Shown here piece by piece: positions 56,471-64,000 of a stretch of 64,000 bases of DNA; position 1 is the first letter of the stretch; the number at the start of each line of letters is the position of its first letter. Both the position numbers and the translations under genes were made by a program. Origin of the DNA: Eledone cirrhosa (lineage: Eukaryota); NCBI GenBank assembly GCA_964016885.1, contig OZ024765.1:4836001-4900000 (forward strand). Direction: 5' to 3'. The notes under the pieces were generated by a model. It saw nothing but the letters and a program-made list of their open reading frames with translations. It searched no databases and had not been told where the DNA came from.

Positions 56471-57061
56471 AAAATAGTGTTTTGTTTGAAAGCTATCACA
56501 ATGTGAATTGGGCAGTAAATGTTAAAAATATAACAGTTGGGATGTTACATTGTAGTTATTTATAGGTTCTTATATTTCGGAGATATAATCCCTTCATCAA
56601 AAGATTGATAGAAGAAACTAGTTTCAAGCAGTAGAGTGGTTGGTGATTGAGAGGACTCTTGTGTCAGAAACATGACAACCTCCCTAGTGTTGGTGTCGTG
56701 TTAAAGTGCAGGAACATATGTAGGTGAGATGTAGGCCTCTGGCCCCTCAGAGAGGTTAGTCGCCCCACTTCAGTATTGACTCTTCAGTTGTGTTAGAAAA
56801 CCCCTGGCCCCTCAGGGAGGTCAGTCGCCCCACTTCATCCAACCTTTGCTAGCTGGGATAACAGATGTTCGATGATGATGGTGGTGATGATGATGGTGGT
56901 GATGATGATGATGTGATGATGATGATGATGATGATGGTGATGGTGGTGGTGATGGTGGTGATGATGATGGTGATGATGGTGATGATGGTGATGATGGTGA
57001 TGGTTATGATGACGACGTGATGAGGATGATGATAATGACAATCCTAATGACTCGATTATTG

Positions 57062-57180
57062 AAACACTCCAGAACCCCCCCTCCCCTCACCTCACCTGCC
57101 CCTGTATTCTTATTAATGATATGGAATAGTAATAAGAATACAGGGGCAGGTGAGGGGGGGGGGGAGGTTCTGGAGTGTTT
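57062..57180. repeat. ~120-bp hairpin / MITE-like inverted repeat
   Basis: aaacactccagaacc..ctcacctgcccctgtattcttatta / taataagaatacaggggcaggtgag..ggttctggagtgttt. Confidence 0.8.
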
Positions 57181-57472
57181 GATTAATTTTAAAAACACCT
57201 TCTCAAATTACTGACTTAATTAATACTTATCCCTGTAATTTATGCACTATATAGATAATGTCTCAGCTAATGAGACAGCATGTGGCTAATTAGTAGGCTA
57301 AATAACCAGCTAGATCACATGACCTATCACATGACCTGTCACATGTCCTGTCTATCACACCAACTAGAAGGATATTATTTCAATGTTCACATTGTAGACT
57401 TTACAACTTTACTGGCCTCCTATTGGCTGGTTTATCTATTAACTTGTTATCCCATATATATATATATATATA

Positions 57473-57810
57473 TATTAAAATAACAGATTAAAGTTTAAGC
57501 AAAGAATTGCTGCTTTCACCCTTAACTCAGAGCCCGTTAAGAGTGAAAACAGCAATTCTTTGCTTAAACTTTAATCTGTTATTTTAATAAATATTTGCTC
57601 TAGGGTTCTTATATATTTGATATATATTTATCCTTATCGAGCCCTCTTTGGATTTTAGTCTTCTATTTATTTCATTATACGGTTTTATAAATATAGTTTC
57701 CATTTGTTAATATATCGAATATTTACTCCAATAATTTGTTGAGTGCTTTATATCAGTTATAAAAATATTTGCTTGTTGTATCCCAACAAATTAAATAGAA
57801 CTTCTACATA
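57473..57810. mobile_element. TA-embedded element, family T, with ~54-bp fold-back (57473-57589)
   Basis: Homologues at 11740-11890 and 19243-19400; tail shared with 11640-11720 and 48590-48700. Confidence 0.75.
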
Positions 57811-57818
57811 TATATATA

Positions 57819-58350
57819 TCATCATCATCATCATCATCATCAGGTTTAGCGTCCGTGTTCCACGCTTGCATGGGTTTGGACGGGGGTTTTCCCACTTGAG
57901 GCAAGAGTGGTTGTCTTGCTCGCATAGGACTGTCTGGCGGGTTTTCTACAGCTGGATGCCCTTCCTAACACCAACCACATTTACAGTGTGGGGCTGGGAG
58001 GTTTTTACCGTGTTGCCTACACGGCCATATTTACAGCGTGGACTGTCTGGCGGTTTTCTACAGCTGGATGCCCTTCCTAACACCAACCACATTTACAGTG
58101 TGGGGCTGGGAGGTTTTTACCGTGTTGCCTACACGGCCACATTTACAGCGTGGACTGTGTGTTTTTTTTGTCGTGACACCTACACGATCTCATTTGTTTC
58201 GGCCTGGATGTTGTGGCACCAACATAACTTTACATTGAAAGGGGCGGTGTGGATGGGGTGGGGGTGGTGGGACGGGGGGGGTGTGTTTTGATAGAGATGC
58301 CTACTGACTGTAGTAGGTTTTTACTTTGTATTTAGGTAAGGCGGGTCTTA
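57819..58350 (-). mobile_element. SINE C with internal duplication
   Basis: (CAT)n tail, duplicated ggatgcccttcctaacaccaaccacatttacagtgtgggg block and G-rich 5' part. Confidence 0.82.
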
Positions 58351-59194
58351 TATATATATATATATTTTCCTCAGACGAAGAGATACTAATCTCGAGTTAT
58401 CAGGACATGTGAATAGATTAAGGTAAAAAAAAAACCCACTGGTTTTTTGCGTTTTGATTTTTTTCTGTCCAAATCTGCATTGTCGTGGCTTTCCAACATT
58501 GAATTCTCTCTCTCCCTCTCTCTCTCTCCCTCCCTCCCTCCCTCTCTCTACATATATATATGAAGAATTATGGACCCCGACGGCTGAGTTCTGGTTGTTT
58601 CAACAGCTAGATCTGTTCCGATCTCTATATTTATCAGCATATAGAGATATGTGTTCAATCATAGGGGATTATTGAACACATATCTCTATGTATTCCTCTC
58701 TGTATGCTGATATATATATCAAGCCAAAATCAGTTCCTGTAGGAGCAAGGCATGGTCAGCTGACCAGACACTGCCCACAACAGGACAACTCATCTAACCC
58801 ATGCTAGCATGGAAGAACGGACGTAAAATGGTGATGATGATGATATATATAAATCGTTTTGGAAGTCTCAACAATACAGATGGGTAAATCTCTGGGTAAC
58901 AATATTGGTAAACAATGAAGGCTACGTGTTGTCCCTCTCCGAAACATAACTCTTTCTCCTCGGAAAACTCCCAGTCGATGGATATGAAATCCGAAATATA
59001 GGAACTATTAAATCTCTTCCAAGGTAACTCTATCTTGTGCTATTATTTTTAAAACTTTTCCTACATTCCTTTACGTCTCTTTCTATGCTTCCTCTTAAAT
59101 CTCTCTCTCATTACCACCTGATGAGGCTTCCAAAACGACTATTTTTAATATTCCACAATCTTCAAGCAAACTTCAACACTCTCTTATATCGACA

Positions 59195-59460
59195 GTCGGT
59201 CAACTTTCGTCAAATCGGACCGAGGAAACAATGCTTCCATTGGTCTTTCCAATTGCTAATACTATCTGTCGGTTGGAACTCCAGAAGGTGAGTTTATTTC
59301 ACAAAGGAGAAACGTGAAATAAAGACGCTTTATTTCACGAAGGAGAAACATGAAACAAAGTGTCTTGCTCAAGGACATAACACATTGCCTGATCCGGGAA
59401 TCGAACTCGCAACCTCTCGATTGCAAATCCAATTCTCTTACCACTCAGCCACATGCCTTC
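59195..59460 (-). mobile_element. SINE family D monomer
   Basis: Minus strand has A box tggctgagtgg, B box gagttcgattcc, CORE, and the 3' part matching 9905-10640. Confidence 0.82.
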
Positions 59461-59475
59461 ACACTCTCTTTACAC

Positions 59476-59515
<40 letters not shown>

Positions 59516-61038
59516 TATATATATATATATATATATACACACCCACACGCATATGTATGTATGTATTCATACACATATGTGTGTATACATACACACATAC
59601 ACATGTGTGTATACATACACCAATATTGAGAGGAAACTTTACATAAACAATAAAAACATATGGAAAAATTCCTTTCCTCATATTTTTTGCCATTTTTTTT
59701 CAATATATTTCACACTTTGTCTTTCTTTCATACTGACTCTCTCTCTCTCTCTCTCTCTCTCGCTATCTCTCTCTCGCTATTTCTCTCTATCTCTCTCTCT
59801 ATCTCTTTCTCTCTCTTTGTCTCCCCCTCTCTCTATTTATGTATCCCCTCTCTCTCTCACTCCTCTCTCACTCTTCTCACTCTCTCTTTCTCTGTCTTGT
59901 CATTAGCTCTCTCTCTCTCTTCCCCTCTATCTCACACCTCTCTCCCTCTATCCCCCTCTCTCCCCATATATATATATATATATATATAACACTACTATAT
60001 ATTTTGTATTAACCAGTATTATAGCTATTAATCAATATTTCTTAGAATTGGTTGTGTCTGTATCTCTGTGTCTGTATATGTGTGTGGGGGTGTATGTGTG
60101 TGTGTGTGTCTGAGCCTGTCTATATGTGTTTGTGTCTGTGTATTTGTGTGTGTCTGTATATGTGGGTGTGTGTGTGTGTGTCCGAGCCTGTCTATATGTG
60201 TTTGTGTCTGTGTATTTGTGTGTGTCTGTATATGTGGGTGTGTGTGTGTGTGTCCGAGCCTGTCTGTATGTGTTTGTGTCCGTGTATTTGTGTGTGTCTG
60301 TGTCTGTATATGTGTGTGTGGGTGTATGTGTGTGTGTCCGTGTATTTGTGTGTGTCTGTCTCTGTATATGTGTGTGTGGGTGGATGTGTGTGTGTCTGTG
60401 TGTGTGTTCGAGCCTGTCTGTATGTGTTTGTGTCTGTGTATTTGGGTGTGTCTGTGTGTGTGTACATGTCTATATCTGTGTGTGTATGTATGTATGTATG
60501 TATGTGTGTGTATTTGTGTATATGTATACATATATATGTAAGTGTACACATGTGTTGATATGTGTACATGTGTCGTCGTCTGTTTATGTGTACATATGTG
60601 TGTGTGTATGTCTACATGTGTGTATGTGTACATGTATACATGTGTGTGTGTGTATACATGTGTGTGTGTGTATACATGTGTATGTGTACATGTATACATG
60701 TGTGTATGTGTATACATATATGTGTGTATGTGTATACATATGTGTGTATGTGTATACATATATATGTGTGTTTACATGTGAGTGTGTATGTGTATACATA
60801 TAAATGTGTGTGTGTGTGTATACATATATATGTGTGTGTGTATACATATATATATATGTGTGTGTGTATACATATGTGTGTGTATACATGTGTGTGTATA
60901 CATATATATATGTGTGTGTGTATACATATATATATATGTGTGTGTGTGTATATATATGTGTGTGTGTATACATATATGTGTGTGTCATGTGAATATATTT
61001 CTATAACACTAGAATTGTTGTTTAAACAATGTTGTTTT

Positions 61039-61653
61039 GTTATCTGGTATTGTTCTCCAGCCTCTCCTGTCCATTACTGACCATATTCAATAGAGTCGGC
61101 TTGTGTAGTTTAAACACTAAAGAACTTCCTAAACAAAGAAGTAGTAGCTGATAGCTTCTGTTACCTAGGTGACCTTATTACTAATGGAGCATGGTGCAGT
61201 GGAAGTGTTGTAGTTTGTGACCAACTAAAGCAAATAAACTATACAAAAGAATTATAATTGTTTCTACTTTTGGCACAAGGCCAGCAATTACCCAGTGCAT
61301 TACTGGTACTTTATTTTATCGACCCCGTAAGGATGAAAGGCAAAGTTAACCTCGGCGAGATTTGAACTCAGAATGGCAAGGGTTGTAACTCTATGCGTCA
61401 AAGCATGGCGTCCGACCCTCTACCGATACTGCCGTTATGTGGTATTGTTCTCCAGCCTCTCCTGTCCATTACTGACCATATTCAATAGAGTCGGCTTGTG
61501 TAGTTTAAACACTAAAGAACTTCCTAAACAAAGAAGTAGTAGCTGATAGCTGCTGTTACCTAGGTGACCTGATTACTAATGGAGCATGGTGCAGTGGAAG
61601 TGTTGTAGTTTGTGACCAACTAAAGCAAATAAACTAGACAAAAGAATTATAAT
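61039..61653. mobile_element. SINE B (61254-61433, -) flanked by 220-bp direct repeats containing an RTE RT remnant
   Basis: 61039-61258 is nearly identical to 61434-61653; the repeat encodes EVVADSFCYLGDLITNG (RTE-like F.YLG motif). Confidence 0.88.
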
Positions 61654-62174
61654 GATAGTCACTAATGTTTTGCTGGTTGGGCCGGGGATTTGCATTTTGT
61701 TTACATATTATCTCACATTCTACCAAATGTATTTTATAACACCAACTCTAGGAAGGTTGTCATGTCCTTGACACAGTTGAAGAACCCCTCCACCTCTTTG
61801 TTTGCAAAGTTCTCTACAGCTGGATGCCCTTTCTCTCCACAACAATCTTACAATGTGTACTGGGTGCGTTTATCGTATAGAACACCAGCACTAGGGGGGA
61901 TGTCATATTTTTACACAACTGAAGAGTCCTCCCAACCTTTTGTTTAGCAAGTTCTCTACAACTGGCTACCCTTCCTAACACCAACCACTTTACAGAGTGT
62001 ACTGGAAGCATGGTTTCTAGAGCTGGCTACCTAACACCAACCATTTTACAGAGTGTACTGGGTGCATGCTTTCTATGGCTAGATACCCATCGTAACACCA
62101 ACAACTTTACAACATGTAATAATGATGATGATGATGATAAATAAGTTTGTTTTTTTTGTCTTCTTTTTCTCCAG

Positions 62175-62369
62175 TTCCTGGTCCTGTTTTCAACTTCATC
62201 TATGAGGTGATTGGTACATCAATCTATCTAGCTTGGCAGCCTCCGCTGAAACTGAATGGTAACATCTACTGGTACCATATCACTTATAGAATGGTTGCGA
62301 CTGTAAACATATCAAACATGGATAACACCACGACACTTCCAAATCCAGCAAATCGTGAAAACATATCAG
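62175..62369 (+). CDS. Internal coding exon: N-terminal half of the next FN3 domain of the same gene
   Basis: Long pyrimidine tract plus ccag|62175; donor cag|gtaact at 62370. 195 nt, phase 1-1. Reads (V)PGPVFNFIYEVIGTSIYLAWQPPLKLNGNIYWYHITYRMV..., with the FN3 'P.P....S..L.W.PP...NG.I..Y.I.Y' motif. Splicing from exon 717-829 gives ...TLDI-V-PGPV in frame. Confidence 0.9.
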
Positions 62370-62453
62370 GTAACTACAACACAGCACTGTTCTATTGTAT
62401 TTCTTTAACCTGTTAACTGCTGTGTATATTTTACACAGCTACTATTGCCTTAT

Positions 62454-62979
62454 TTAACCTGTTGACTGCTGTGTATATTTACACAGCTACAGTTGTTGTG
62501 CCGGGGTTTTTTCGGTAAAATGGCTATTGTTTTAAACAAACATTTATTAACAACACATAGTTGAATGATTGACAAACTTCACATCAATAAACTAGTAACC
62601 CCATCTAACTTTGAAGTTATGAACTGTTGGAAACGAGTTCATAACTTTGAAGTTGTGAACATTTCCTGGCGCCGAAGACGCTTCGTCCTTGAGGACACAC
62701 CCAAATTTTGACAGCCAAAAATTTGAAAAAAAAATAATAAACAACCTTTGGCCTCCAGGTTGCATGGTAGATTTTTGAGACTTATTTTAGGAAAAAAGTA
62801 GCGTTTTCATCACCAGAAAATACAGTAACTTTGAAGTTATCAACTGGTGGAAACAAGTTCATAGCTTTGAAGTTATGAATTGTTGGAAACGAGTTCATAA
62901 CTTTGAAGTTATGAACTGTTGGAAAAGAGTTCAAACATGCTAAGGAGAGTTATGCCGTCTATGCCATTGAAGAGGTTAA
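62454..62979. mobile_element. Probable TTAA-type MITE with internal near-palindromic ataactttgaagttatgaac repeats
   Basis: ttaacctgttga... / ...ttgaagaggttaa ends; about five aactttgaagtt motifs. Confidence 0.5.
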
Positions 62980-64000
62980 CTTATATTATTTTTATTTCCT
63001 TGCCTTTCGTTTGTTTGTTTTGGTGTGAGGTTTTTTTTTTTGGGGGGGGGGGGGTAGTTGTTTTGGCAGGGATGGTGTTGTTGTTGTTATTTTTCTGGGA
63101 GGGGCTGTTGGTTTTTGTTTTGTTTTGGTGATAGAATATCATTGATCCTAGGTTTGATGGATCGGGATTGTCCTAGGGCTGAACAGAATCTACTAAACAA
63201 ACAGCCATCTTTGACATCTCAAACAAACAGTTTTGAGTTAAATTAAATGATTTCTAGTTTGGTTAATGTTGCTCTTATCATTGGTAATTAGGAAGACTTA
63301 TAATTAAAGGGGCTGTTTTATTAATTAACCTGTTTATTACCATATTTCTAATGAGGAACAGGCAATGAATTTTCAATAATTTTCAAAACTGATCGAGAAT
63401 TTGGAAGGATCGAGTAAAATAACTAATTTTCTCATCATTAAGCTGGCATCTGGAACATAACTTAACTAAGGTTCTTACTTAAAATTACGTTGGAAGGTTT
63501 TTAGATAAATATTAACATTTTAACCCTTTTGTTGCAGTATTTCTAATTAAAGACACTGTATTTTGAATTTTGAAAATGATAATGTGGAGTGATTTAGTAA
63601 TATAACTAAACCCTTGCAATACCATATTTCTAATTAAAAACCTAACTTTGCTAGGTTTTGGCTAGAGTTGACCAAGTCACATGTAACTTAATACCACCAC
63701 CTGGCGAAGTTACCTTTGATTTTCAAATAATTTTGAAAATACTGTACATGCTGGCGTACAAGTCCATCCGACCCCTAAAATTCTCAAGTGTAATTTAGGC
63801 TAAGGCCTATATTTGCTGGATAAGACGTCCCCCCGCCCCCCAGAAAAATAAGGCATTTGCAGGGGAAATAATTTTTAAAAGTTAGTTGCGCACTAAAGGC
63901 TAAGATGCTTCTTTTAAAACACTTCAGTCGCAAATGAGTTCTAACTCACCGAGTAAACCAGATTTAACGAACCTATGGTCACCTACCCTATCAAGTCATT

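Noticed and set aside
58365-58405. Further hammerhead-like remnants (also ~5410-5445 and ~18690-18730)
   Set aside because: Core bases are mutated or truncated; too degenerate to call.

Overview
Eukaryotic, extremely repeat-rich animal DNA. The SINE families, (GAT)n tails and heavy (TA)n/(CA)n/(ACC)n load fit an octopod cephalopod best (inferred, not verified). Only two convincing host exons are visible, both on the + strand: 717-829 (C-terminal half of a fibronectin type III domain) and 62175-62369 (N-terminal half of the next FN3 domain). They join in frame across what appears to be one ~61.3-kb phase-1 intron of an FN3-repeat cell-surface protein gene. The intron holds tRNA/CORE-type SINEs and their RTE-LINE partner, two internally deleted mariners, Tc1/pogo-like and TTAA-type MITEs, and many TE-seeded tandem arrays. 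The most notable signal is a set of short, unrelated elements embedded in (TA)n tracts. Many carry minimal hammerhead-ribozyme motifs (one group shows stem-I covariation) and/or fold back into long hairpins, and a Penelope-like RT fragment lies nearby. Almost all long ORFs in the track are microsatellite artefacts.
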